Source: Elainellaceae cyanobacterium
GTDB lineage: Bacteria > Cyanobacteriota > Cyanobacteriia > CAZCXK01
NCBI GenBank assembly: GCA_051117555.1
Contig: JBNPEG010000152.1
Location: 1-12,651, forward strand
Direction of reading: 5' to 3'
DNA length: 12,651 nt
The notes beneath the pieces were generated by a model, which made no database searches, was not told where the DNA came from, and saw only the letters and a program-made list of their open reading frames with translations. Each line of letters opens with the position of its first letter. Within the stretch, counting starts at the first letter, position 1. This document shows, one piece after another, positions 1 through 7,941 of this stretch. A program made the translations under genes and the position numbers.

Positions 1-1315
1 CAGGAGCGAGTAGGTCATGGCTTCCGGCAACAAACATGACCGGAACTTGCATTTGCTGGAATCCATGGGTTCCGAATAAACTGCTCCCCATAGAATTCAT
101 TGCAAAAACGGCTTTAATGCGTCCATCCTGAAGCTGTTGAAAGGCTGTATCCTCCAATTTCAGCGCGGTGCATTGAAGCAGCAGCGAAAGATTGACAAGG
201 TCAAGCCCATCGCTGGCAAAGGTACAGTTTGCTTTTAACTGCTCAATATTGAATTCTGCTCCCGCCAGTGCAAAAGCCATGGAGCCGCCAAAGGAATGTC
301 CGATGATGCCGACTTTTTCTAAGTCAAGGCGAATAGGCTGCGAAGGGCTAGATTCATTGAGTTGCTCTAACTTATCGAGTAAGAAAGAGACATCTTTAGG
401 GGCTTCAATGAATTCCTTAGGGTCAATAACTTCGCTAGCTATTCCTCTAGAGAGATCTCGAAGTTGTTGAGTATTAAAGCCACGGTTATCCAATAACACA
501 ACGCTGAAACCATGACTCACCAAGTGCTCAGCTAAATCTGTAAAGCTATTGCGATCTGCTCCTACACCATGAGAAATCACTATCACGGGAACGGGGGCAG
601 AGGACGAAGTTTGCGGTTGATATAGATTTGCTGCAATCCTGCGATCGCGCTCTTGATCATACACATTTAGGCTTTTCGAAGACCACGTGAAGGGACCTGG
701 CTGCTCTAGGTTTGAGTCCTGAGTAAAGTTGATTGCAGCAGTTGTTTCTAGCTCTAACTCAGCCTGCTTTTCAATCAGAGCTACCACCTGCTCAGTCCGC
801 TCAAATAGCTGAGCGATCATTCCAGCGATTTGGAAGGCTCGTGAACCATCAATTCGAACAGTTCGAGTTGGAAAGTGCTGAATTACGTTTAGAATTGTCA
901 ATTCCTCTGAATCAGCCGCTGCCTGCACGATTGCCGAGCGCAAAGCATAGAAGCCATTAAGTCTAGAATCCGTCTGGATTAGAGATCCTAAATATTGCAG
1001 TAATACCTCTCCAAGGGAAGAATATAGAAAATTAGAGAGGGCAACAGGGCTTAAATCGACTGGAGTCAGTAAAATTTCCTGGATTTTCTCCCGCTCTTCT
1101 ACACCTACTTTCTGTAAATAGGAATCAAGTTCATCACTAACCTGACCTTCTCTGGCAAAGGCTTCTAAAGAGGTTACTGAAACTGTTCTTTCTAAAGGGC
1201 CATACGAAAGCTTAATTTGTTCAGCAGCAAGCGATGGCAAGGCCATTGTGGCTAACAATAAACTGCCGCACATCGCTTCAAATGCACGCCACAAGTGAGG
1301 GCTACGGGTAGCCAT
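1..1315 (-). CDS. DUF1400-domain alpha/beta hydrolase with N-terminal signal peptide; 3' end runs off the window
   Basis: Not in the ORF track because there is no stop in the window. Manual translation from ATG 1315 (GAGGT upstream): MATRSPHLW...LLLATMALPSLAAEQIKLSYGPLERTVSVTSLEAFAREG (DUF1400-like start), PVIVISHGVG, nucleophile elbow VGIIGHSFGG, NLSLLLQC, VPVMFVAGSHDLLAP. Frame is open to the window edge. Confidence 0.9.
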   Translation of the reverse strand, partial: MATRSPHLWRAFEAMCGSLLLATMALPSLAAEQIKLSYGPLERTVSVTSLEAFAREGQVSDELDSYLQKVGVEEREKIQEILLTPVDLSPVALSNFLYSSLGEVLLQYLGSLIQTDSRLNGFYALRSAIVQAAADSEELTILNVIQHFPTRTVRIDGSRAFQIAGMIAQLFERTEQVVALIEKQAELELETTAAINFTQDSNLEQPGPFTWSSKSLNVYDQERDRRIAANLYQPQTSSSAPVPVIVISHGVGADRNSFTDLAEHLVSHGFSVVLLDNRGFNTQQLRDLSRGIASEVIDPKEFIEAPKDVSFLLDKLEQLNESSPSQPIRLDLEKVGIIGHSFGGSMAFALAGAEFNIEQLKANCTFASDGLDLVNLSLLLQCTALKLEDTAFQQLQDGRIKAVFAMNSMGSSLFGTHGFQQMQVPVMFVAGSHDLLAP

Positions 1316-1405
1316 AAATGAATACCTCAATGTTTGAGTGACAAGCGTCAGACTGGTATGCCAAGGAGTTGCGCCTCGGCGCTCATCGCAAGTTTGTGTA
1401 ATGCC

Positions 1406-2017
1406 CTACCGGGGGTGATGACGCAGCAGCCATTGCAGACAAATTCCGGTAACGATGCCGTAGCTTAGCCAACCTGCCCCATAGCTCAATGCTGTCGAGA
1501 ATGGTGGTGGTAGTAGCCCAATGTAGGCGACAGTTGAGCTACTTGCTCCATCTAACGCACCTCCTAAAGCGCTGACCAGAATCCACCAATGCGCTTTACG
1601 GACAAATCGTGTCAAAATCGGAAGCTGAGCCACGCCAAAAATAGCCAGTTCAATCGGCTGTGTGACCAGATTCGACCAAAAAACTGGCCATGCGCCTAGT
1701 GTGCTCAGGAATTGAATAAGCGGATCAAAAAGGGGTGTGATGAAAGAACTCATCAGCGCTGTCCCAAAAGTCCATCCCTGGGTGCTAACCACTATCCACC
1801 AAAAGGCTTTAGGCATGTACTGGCGCAAAACGAGCCATTGGGCTGCGCCAATAAACAAACCTGTAAAATATATGGTTGCTGTAAACTGAAAATAAAATGA
1901 TCCTTCTAGTGCTCCAACGATCGCCCCCGCGATTGTAGTAGCCAATGTCCACCAGAGCCATAAGCGAGGTGCGATCGCCAATTGTCGGGCGTCATCTCGC
2001 CATTTATGCCGCTCCAT
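1406..2017 (-). CDS. Hypothetical polytopic membrane protein (203 aa) with an internally repeated G-x-AQ-x3-L-x7-WWI-x-VS unit
   Basis: ORF track 1406..2044; ATG at 2017 preceded by GGAG is preferred. Several Gly/Trp-rich hydrophobic helices; repeats FIGAAQWLVLRQYMPKAFWWIVVS and IFGVAQLPILTRFVRKAHWWILVS. Confidence 0.8.
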   Translation of the reverse strand: MERHKWRDDARQLAIAPRLWLWWTLATTIAGAIVGALEGSFYFQFTATIYFTGLFIGAAQWLVLRQYMPKAFWWIVVSTQGWTFGTALMSSFITPLFDPLIQFLSTLGAWPVFWSNLVTQPIELAIFGVAQLPILTRFVRKAHWWILVSALGGALDGASSSTVAYIGLLPPPFSTALSYGAGWLSYGIVTGICLQWLLRHHPR

Positions 2018-2205
2018 AATGCTCACTCCAGAGGTGCACTTCAACTCGATATCTGTACTATTCGGCCTAGCCCGTGTGAGAGCAGTTTCTATCTAATTCG
2101 CAATCGCGCTTCAGGACGTTCTTCAGATCTGAACACCGCATCTGTCTGAAGCAGCTTCTGTCCATGTGCCTGTAGCGATACCAGAGTAAATTTGCTGCAT
2201 CAGTT

Positions 2206-2553
2206 CTAAGCAGAAGGGCGGCACATCATAACACCTTCTTTTTGAGTGTTGGCATTGGGATTATTTCCCATCGCTCGAACGGTGATCGTAGGTTCATAAC
2301 CGGGATAACAACGGATGAGAACCGTATCTTCGGCTCTGGTCACATACAGTACATAAACAGGTCTACCGCCTAAAACAGCCGGGACAAGATCAGGGGGAAG
2401 AGCGGCTGTTGCAACCAGCGTTGACTGATTTGAGGAGGCTAAATCTGATATCTCAGATAGGGCAGGCTTTGCCCCAAAAGATTGTAAACAAACCATCACC
2501 AATGCTGTAACTGTGACTAACAGGATAGAAATTTTAGAGAATCGCTTGAACAT
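2206..2553 (-). CDS. Hypothetical secreted protein (115 aa)
   Basis: Basic n-region, hydrophobic h-region and PALS/E cleavage-like site; compact C-terminal domain with two Cys (IRCYPG, MMCRP). Confidence 0.8.
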   Translation of the reverse strand: MFKRFSKISILLVTVTALVMVCLQSFGAKPALSEISDLASSNQSTLVATAALPPDLVPAVLGGRPVYVLYVTRAEDTVLIRCYPGYEPTITVRAMGNNPNANTQKEGVMMCRPSA

Positions 2554-2656
2554 GGTTGATTTTACTCTTGATACTGTTGGAGTTAAATATGGATGCAGTT
2601 CTCCTCGGAGCAGAAATTAACGAACTGGAGCCAAATTTGCTGATTGGATGTGCCAT
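2534..2656 (-). CDS. Possible 40-aa small ORF overlapping the start of the downstream gene
   Basis: AAAGGAG lies 5 nt upstream of ATG 2656; MAHPISKFGSSSLISAPRRTASIFNSNSIKSKINHVQAIL, stop at 2536-2534. No recognisable domain. Confidence 0.3.
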   Translation of the reverse strand: MAHPISKFGSSSLISAPRRTASIFNSNSIKSKINHVQAIL

Positions 2657-2765
2657 GTTCGCTCCTTTGAAGTTGAGCCGAGAATATTATTGATGTACGA
2701 AGACTCGCCAACAACAAGCGAACGTGGAAGATAGAAATCACTTAATAAGCGTTAAAAAACAGTTT

Positions 2766-3137
2766 CTAATCTTCAGAATTCACTTGCCTGATAATCACAA
2801 TGTTTTCAGCAAACCCTAAAACAACGATTAGCCGCGAAAACGCTCCTAAAAAAGCTTCCATCGCCCAGTTCTGACTCAGAACCTCCCAAATCATCCAAAT
2901 AATAGTGAATCCAATCACCAACGAGGATAGGATGACCGATGAATTGCGGCTGCGATAGAAGCGGATTGTCCTCTCCCGCCAAAATGGATCGAAAATACAA
3001 GCGATATAGGACACTCCTGCACTGATGAGCAGGCTGGTTTGAAGACCCGAAGGCAGGTTTGGGTATCCAAGCGCGATCGCCGTCAGACAGACTCCCAGCG
3101 CCAGATACAGGAAAGTAAACAAGGTAGATCGTTTCAT
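2766..3137 (-). CDS. Hypothetical membrane protein (123 aa, about 4 TM helices)
   Basis: ORF track 2766..3194; ATG 3137 has GGAG upstream and avoids overlap with the preceding gene; four hydrophobic segments. Confidence 0.75.
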   Translation of the reverse strand: MKRSTLFTFLYLALGVCLTAIALGYPNLPSGLQTSLLISAGVSYIACIFDPFWRERTIRFYRSRNSSVILSSLVIGFTIIWMIWEVLSQNWAMEAFLGAFSRLIVVLGFAENIVIIRQVNSED

Positions 3138-3157
3138 GATTTCTTCTCCGGTGAATC

Positions 3158-3457
3158 TTATTCTCGGTACCAAACACGCACACATTGAAAGCAATTGATT
3201 GCAAGACCCTGACTGATCATCACTGGGTAGAAAGTATTACTGGTCTTCACTCCGTAGTCACCATCACCGGTGCCTTCAATCCGATCGGGTAAAACAACCG
3301 TTTCAACATTGATTACCTGGATCGTTGTACTTTCAATCCACTGATTTACAGCACTCACCACCTCCGAGAAAGATTCATACTCGGAAGGTCCGCCTAGGGG
3401 GCCCCGTTCAGTAATCCGAGGCGCAAAATCTTTGTACTCAATCATTTGATTCACCAT
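3158..3457 (-). CDS. Hypothetical soluble protein (99 aa)
   Basis: Clean ORF with protein-like composition (KDFAP...NQWIE...VINVETVVLP...VRVWY); 20 nt from the next gene on the same strand. ATG 3445 is an alternative start. Confidence 0.8.
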   Translation of the reverse strand: MVNQMIEYKDFAPRITERGPLGGPSEYESFSEVVSAVNQWIESTTIQVINVETVVLPDRIEGTGDGDYGVKTSNTFYPVMISQGLAINCFQCVRVWYRE

Positions 3458-3533
3458 CTAAAATTGCAGAGTTAACAATCGATTCAAGAAACCATCATGA
3501 TTTGGTTTGTTTAGGGCTACAACAACCGCTGGG

Positions 3534-5363
3534 TCAGCGGTCTTGCGTCGGCAGCGTGAAGCTTGGGGTATTGGGAGACAGCTGCTCCGTGTACGCCTGC
3601 CGGTAGATGTCCAGCCACGGCGCGCGATCGCCAGGGATGACAGTGTCGTTGGCTGGGTCGTCTAGGGCAAGCTCGAGCCGGGCGTCGCTGACGGTGATTC
3701 TTTCAAGCGACGGTGTATCAATCCAGTCGTTGTCGGGGGCCAGAGAGGGCTGAATGGTGCCAATCTCAACGGCCAACGCGTGACCAGCCTGCAGCATCCA
3801 GTCCGTCGATCTGAGGTCCAAGCTGGTCGTGCCGGGTTTTACCACCGCCACCTGCCGGTTGAACGCAACGGCACTGCCGTCTGGGGCGACGTCGTACAGC
3901 TCGACCATGACGTTGCCGTGGCCCTCGGTATTCAGAGACACCTGCGGCGTACCAGTGATCCGAACCGACTGCCCAAGCGGCTCAGACCAGACGAAGAAGC
4001 GGTTGGGAGCCTCGGTTGCAGGGTCGGCGGGCAGGCCGTCGTCCAGGTACGACCCGCCGCCGAGCGGGATGGCGGCGGAGTATTCCACAACCGGCCAGGT
4101 GTCCTGGGTGCGCCAGGTGCCGGTACTGTCCTGCACAACGTAGGCTGGGTAGTCCACGGTCGGTTCGATGCCCTTGAGGTGCTGATCGTAGAAGGACATC
4201 ACCTCGTCGAACCAGCCCTCGCGGCCCATTTCCAGTTTCCCATCGGCAGTGCGCTCGTTGCCCCGGTAATGCTCCCAGGGTCCGAGCCAGCCGCGCTGCG
4301 GCCCCTGGTGGTTGGTGAGAAACTCCTCCACCGCCTCGGCTTCGGCCTTCCACTCAAGGAAACCCTGCGTGAACAATAGCGGAGTGTCGGTGCCCTTGGC
4401 GCGCTCGGCCAGGTTACGGAACTGCCAGAACTCCGAGTCCGGGTCAGCGTCCTGGTAGCCGAGCGAGTTCACTGGCAGGCACAGCGGGTTCGCCTGCTCG
4501 TAGGCGGCATTGGTCCGGTAGCGCTCGTCATCGTCGGGCAGCTGCGGCAAGGTAGCAATCTCGTTATAGGTGCGCGACACATCCACGATGGTCGAGCGGG
4601 GGACGCCGTTCGACCAGACCATGCGGTGCAGATCCCAGATCGGCTCCTGGGCGACGACGGCTTTGAGCGCGTCCTGGTCGAGGTTGTTGCCAACTAAACC
4701 GGTGATGGCATCATAGGACATGCCATACATGCCGACGGCACCCGTAGACCAGGGCTGGCTCGCGGCCCAGTCGATCGCAGCCTTCACGTCGGCCTGCTCA
4801 CCGGGACCCATGAAGTCTAGACATCCGGTGGAGCCGCCGAAGCCGCGCAGGTCGACCATCACCAGGGCGTAGCCGCGGTTGAATAGATCGGTGCCTTCGA
4901 TCAGGTCGTTGAAGCGGTTCGAGGGACCGGTGTGCGCGTGGTTTTCCAGTGCCTGTTGGCCGGAGTGCCCGAAGTATGCCCCGACCGACAGGATCACCGG
5001 CACCTGCTCGCCTGCGGCCAGTCCTTCGGGCAACAGAACGTCGGCGTGCAGTTCAACGTCGGAGCCGTCTGAGGACGGAAAGTAGTGCTGCGTCCAGGCC
5101 GCGCCTTGGGGAACGCGGGCGTTCTCGGCGTGCGTGACCGCTTTGTCGGCGGTGGCAACCGCGGCAGTCGTGGTTGCCTCTGACTGTGTCAATGCGGCAG
5201 GTGCCCCAGCGAGGACAAGCAACATCACTGCTGTGCCTGTTAATAAGCGCCTGACGTAGGTCTTGGGAACGCGCATAATCCTCCTCCGAGTGGAAGCTGT
5301 TGGTCTTGAGTCGTACGTGAGTCGGTCACGATTTCGTGAGCTGTTAGAAGAAATCTGAGACAT
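3534..5363 (-). CDS. CocE/NonD family exported serine hydrolase (peptidase S15 / X-Pro dipeptidyl-peptidase-like), 609 aa
   Basis: Motifs LHADVLLP, RGYALVMVDLRGFGGSTGC, WSTGAVGMYGMSYDA (nucleophile), LGPWEH, and a PepX_C-like C-terminal domain (ITGTPQVSL, ELYDVAPDG). Start placed at ATG 5363 by homology to the N-terminus of 6250..7890; ATG 5276 after GGAGGAGG is an alternative. Confidence 0.9.
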   Translation of the reverse strand: MSQISSNSSRNRDRLTYDSRPTASTRRRIMRVPKTYVRRLLTGTAVMLLVLAGAPAALTQSEATTTAAVATADKAVTHAENARVPQGAAWTQHYFPSSDGSDVELHADVLLPEGLAAGEQVPVILSVGAYFGHSGQQALENHAHTGPSNRFNDLIEGTDLFNRGYALVMVDLRGFGGSTGCLDFMGPGEQADVKAAIDWAASQPWSTGAVGMYGMSYDAITGLVGNNLDQDALKAVVAQEPIWDLHRMVWSNGVPRSTIVDVSRTYNEIATLPQLPDDDERYRTNAAYEQANPLCLPVNSLGYQDADPDSEFWQFRNLAERAKGTDTPLLFTQGFLEWKAEAEAVEEFLTNHQGPQRGWLGPWEHYRGNERTADGKLEMGREGWFDEVMSFYDQHLKGIEPTVDYPAYVVQDSTGTWRTQDTWPVVEYSAAIPLGGGSYLDDGLPADPATEAPNRFFVWSEPLGQSVRITGTPQVSLNTEGHGNVMVELYDVAPDGSAVAFNRQVAVVKPGTTSLDLRSTDWMLQAGHALAVEIGTIQPSLAPDNDWIDTPSLERITVSDARLELALDDPANDTVIPGDRAPWLDIYRQAYTEQLSPNTPSFTLPTQDR

Positions 5364-5391
5364 GAGGGTGAACGCTTTGCCGTCCAGCCCA

Positions 5392-5446
5392 TCTGGCAGG
5401 GCACCTGGGGCCACGGCACCTGCGGCCACCCTGTCCGGTTGCCAGA
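5392..5446. repeat. Tandem 15-bp direct repeat enclosed by a 7-bp inverted repeat
   Basis: GGCACCTGGGGCCAC (5400-5414) and GGCACCTGCGGCCAC (5415-5429); flanks TCTGGCA (5392-5398) and TGCCAGA (5440-5446). Confidence 0.7.
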
Positions 5447-5453
5447 AGATGCC

Positions 5454-6194
5454 TCAGCCGATGAGGGCCAGCACGGCATGGACCGTCAGATGGGCAATCA
5501 TGGCGGCCTCTAGCCCATAGCGCCAGAATAAATACCCCGCAACTACTGCAAACAAAGAATTTTGGATCAGCAAGAACCCCACTAGGGCTGGGGTTAACGG
5601 CAGCCCTAGGGCGATCGCAGCGGGCAAGTGGCCCACGGCAAACAACAGAGAGGAGACGGCTATGGCAACTACCACCCATTGGACCTGGGGTTTACCCTGG
5701 CGCTGCTGCCCAAATCGCCAGCCCAGCCACAGCAGCAGCGTCATCAGTCCCCAGCGGATCAGAATTTCTTCGGTGATACCGCCGTAGAGAAATCGCACCA
5801 GCAGCGGCGGGGACTCAGCTGCCTCATAGGCTGGTGGCAGCAGCGGGCGAGACAGCAGGGCGATCGCCGTCAGTAGTCCGCCGCTGATCAACCCACCCAC
5901 CACACCGGGCAACAGTTGAGGAACCATAGCTTTCCGCCACGATCGCCCAGCGGCCAGCGCCTCTGCCCCCGGTGCCATTAGCTCTAGCCGGTGAGCCAAG
6001 AGCACGCCTATCAGCACCGCTACCGATACCAAAACCGTGGGCTGCACCAGCACCAGCAGTCTAACCACGGCGGCAGGTGGGGCACCCTCTGGGAGCAAGG
6101 GCAACGGCAGCAACATCAGGGTCATCACCCCAGCCATGCCTGCCAACCACAGCAGCCCAAACAGTCGCAGCCTAACTTTTTTACGCTCAACCAT
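5454..6194 (-). CDS. CPBP (Abi / type II CAAX protease) family intramembrane glutamic endopeptidase, 246 aa
   Basis: Multi-TM protein with GITEEILIRWG, FAVGHLP and AMIAHLTVH motifs; GAGGA upstream of ATG. Confidence 0.92.
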   Translation of the reverse strand: MVERKKVRLRLFGLLWLAGMAGVMTLMLLPLPLLPEGAPPAAVVRLLVLVQPTVLVSVAVLIGVLLAHRLELMAPGAEALAAGRSWRKAMVPQLLPGVVGGLISGGLLTAIALLSRPLLPPAYEAAESPPLLVRFLYGGITEEILIRWGLMTLLLWLGWRFGQQRQGKPQVQWVVVAIAVSSLLFAVGHLPAAIALGLPLTPALVGFLLIQNSLFAVVAGYLFWRYGLEAAMIAHLTVHAVLALIG

Positions 6195-6249
6195 GACTTT
6201 ATCCTCAACGTCATTCCAGAATTGTTTTCAAGCCTTCGCGATCTTGTGG

Positions 6250-7890
6250 TTATAGGGTGCAGGTCGCCCCTTCGTCGGGCAGTTCGAGGTCGATGAGGTA
6301 GTCGGTAACGATGTCGTTGACGCAGGCGTTGTCGTCGATGAGAGCCACACCGTGCTGTTCACCCTCGACGGTGAGCAAGGTGCTGCCGAGCGTTTCGGCA
6401 AGGCTGATGCCGCCCGAATGCGGGGTGGCCGGGTCGCGGGTGACCGAAACAATTAGGGTTTCGGGAAGCCCTTCAATGTTTTGAGCGTAGGGATAGCCGA
6501 GGGTGGGCTGCACGGGCCAGTGCTCACAGATGTCGCGGGCCGCGACGGGGCGGCCAGTATCCATAAAGGGTGCGACCTCGAAAACGCCACGCTTCATTGC
6601 AGTTTCTTGCTCGGGCGTGTGGCGTTCCTCGTCGAGGCAGTTGATGGCCAGCGTGGCCTCGTTGCCATTGCCGTAGCTGCCGTCAGCACTGCGGTCGTGA
6701 TAAAAGTCGCGCAAGAGTATCAGGCTGTCACCGCGTCCGGCCTTGAGTTCGGCAATGCCCTGGATGATTATGGGCCATTGCGCATCGCTGAAGAGGAGGA
6801 AGAGCAAGCCGTCGAGGGCGGCGGTATAGGTGAGCTCGCGTCCGGCTGCGGTGGTTATCGGCTCGTCAATCAGCGGTTGCAGCATCCCCTGAAAAACGGC
6901 CGTGGCCTGTTCAGGATCGGTGCCCAGCGGGCAGTCCGGGCTCTGGGCGCAGAAGGCCGCCATGTTGTTGAAGGCGTTCTGGAAGCCCTCAAACTGGACG
7001 AGGCGACGTTCAGTGGTGCCGGTGGTAGGGTCCACAGCGGCGTCGAGAACCATCGCCCGCACGTTCTGAGGAAACATCTCGGCATAGACCGCACCGAGCC
7101 GGGTGCCGTAGCTCTGCCCAGAGAACGTGAGCTTCTCATCGCCAAGCACCGCGCGGAGCACGTCCATGTCGCGCACCACATCGCGGGTGCCAACATGGGC
7201 CAGCACGTCCTCGCCGCCGGAGCGCTCGGCGCACTGCTCGTACAATTGGCGGGTCTCGTCTTCGGTATAGTCATCAACTCCGGAATTGAGCGTGGAAATC
7301 TTCACGTCAGCCTCCCGCTGGGCGTCGGTAAAGCAGTCCAGGGCTGGAGTTGAGGCCCCAACTCCGCGTGGGTCGAAGCCGATCAGGTCGAATCGCTCAG
7401 TGACCGGGTGCTCACCCAGCGTGTCCGATACCCTGGTGGCGTGGCTCATCCCGGAGAAGCCGGGGCCGCCGGGATTCAGCAGCAGGGAGCCGATGGGCTC
7501 GCCCCTGGCCGGTACCCGCAGCAGCGCGATCTGCGCGGTTCGCCCGTCGGGGTTCTCGTAGTCAAGCGGCACCTCTAGCCGGGCGCACTCGAAGGTGTCG
7601 TTGGCGAAAGTCTCAGCATCGGCATCGGTGGTGGCGTAGCCCTCGCAGAAGCCGAAGGTCAGTTCCTGGTTGTAGAAGCGTTCCAGCCCTGCCGGAATCT
7701 CCCCCGGTGATGGCTGCCCAGGTACGGGCTGGTTGCAGGCACTGAGAGCCAGCAGCGCCGCCCCAGTCATTAGCGAGCTGCGGACGTAGGTTTTGCGAGT
7801 GAGCAGAGTTTTCCTCGCGGCAGCCGTTGGCTCTGAGTCATGTGGGGGTAGGGTGCGATCGCGTGAGCTGTTAGAAGAGAATTGAGACAT
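6250..7890 (-). CDS. TAP-like (peptidase S33; Hip1/CaeA/SlpD-type) alpha/beta hydrolase lipoprotein, 546 aa
   Basis: Lipobox LALSAC; motifs CARLEVPLDY, LLLNPGGPG, FDLIGFDPRGVG, GQSYGT (Ser), RDPATP (Asp), GEQHG (His), C-terminal CV...YL...LP...C. Confidence 0.93.
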   Translation of the reverse strand: MSQFSSNSSRDRTLPPHDSEPTAAARKTLLTRKTYVRSSLMTGAALLALSACNQPVPGQPSPGEIPAGLERFYNQELTFGFCEGYATTDADAETFANDTFECARLEVPLDYENPDGRTAQIALLRVPARGEPIGSLLLNPGGPGFSGMSHATRVSDTLGEHPVTERFDLIGFDPRGVGASTPALDCFTDAQREADVKISTLNSGVDDYTEDETRQLYEQCAERSGGEDVLAHVGTRDVVRDMDVLRAVLGDEKLTFSGQSYGTRLGAVYAEMFPQNVRAMVLDAAVDPTTGTTERRLVQFEGFQNAFNNMAAFCAQSPDCPLGTDPEQATAVFQGMLQPLIDEPITTAAGRELTYTAALDGLLFLLFSDAQWPIIIQGIAELKAGRGDSLILLRDFYHDRSADGSYGNGNEATLAINCLDEERHTPEQETAMKRGVFEVAPFMDTGRPVAARDICEHWPVQPTLGYPYAQNIEGLPETLIVSVTRDPATPHSGGISLAETLGSTLLTVEGEQHGVALIDDNACVNDIVTDYLIDLELPDEGATCTL

Positions 7891-7941
7891 GGTGATGAAG
7901 TCTTTTAATACATTTGCTGATGGTTTTAGGGCCTGACGAGA

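Noticed and set aside
192..960. Plus-strand ORFs 192..470 and 733..960
   Set aside because: Antisense to the DUF1400 hydrolase, which has clear family motifs.
1337..1345. AGTGACAAG matching half of the TetR operator upstream of the DUF1400 gene
   Set aside because: Only a half-site; the TGTCAC arm is missing, so chance is likely.
2806..3204. Alternative-frame minus ORF of 132 aa
   Set aside because: Overlaps two better-supported genes; no RBS or coherent protein features.
1316..3533. Co-oriented small genes resembling an integron cassette array
   Set aside because: No convincing attC sites (paired RYYYAAC / GTTRRRY boxes) or repeated spacers, and no integrase in the window.
3780..5137. Several overlapping ORFs within the CocE gene, including 3780..4379 (+)
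   Set aside because: Shadow ORFs expected from GC-rich codon bias; no motifs.
5364..5429. Upstream GTG extension of the CocE ORF given in the track
   Set aside because: Runs through the intergenic tandem repeat; homology with the neighbouring gene's N-terminus begins exactly at ATG 5363.
5400..5429. Tandem repeats as a possible CRISPR array
   Set aside because: Only two adjacent 15-mers, no spacers and no cas genes.
6481..7353. Long antisense ORF of 290 aa
   Set aside because: Codon-aligned mirror of the GC-rich TAP-like gene; stop-free antisense frames are common at high GC3.
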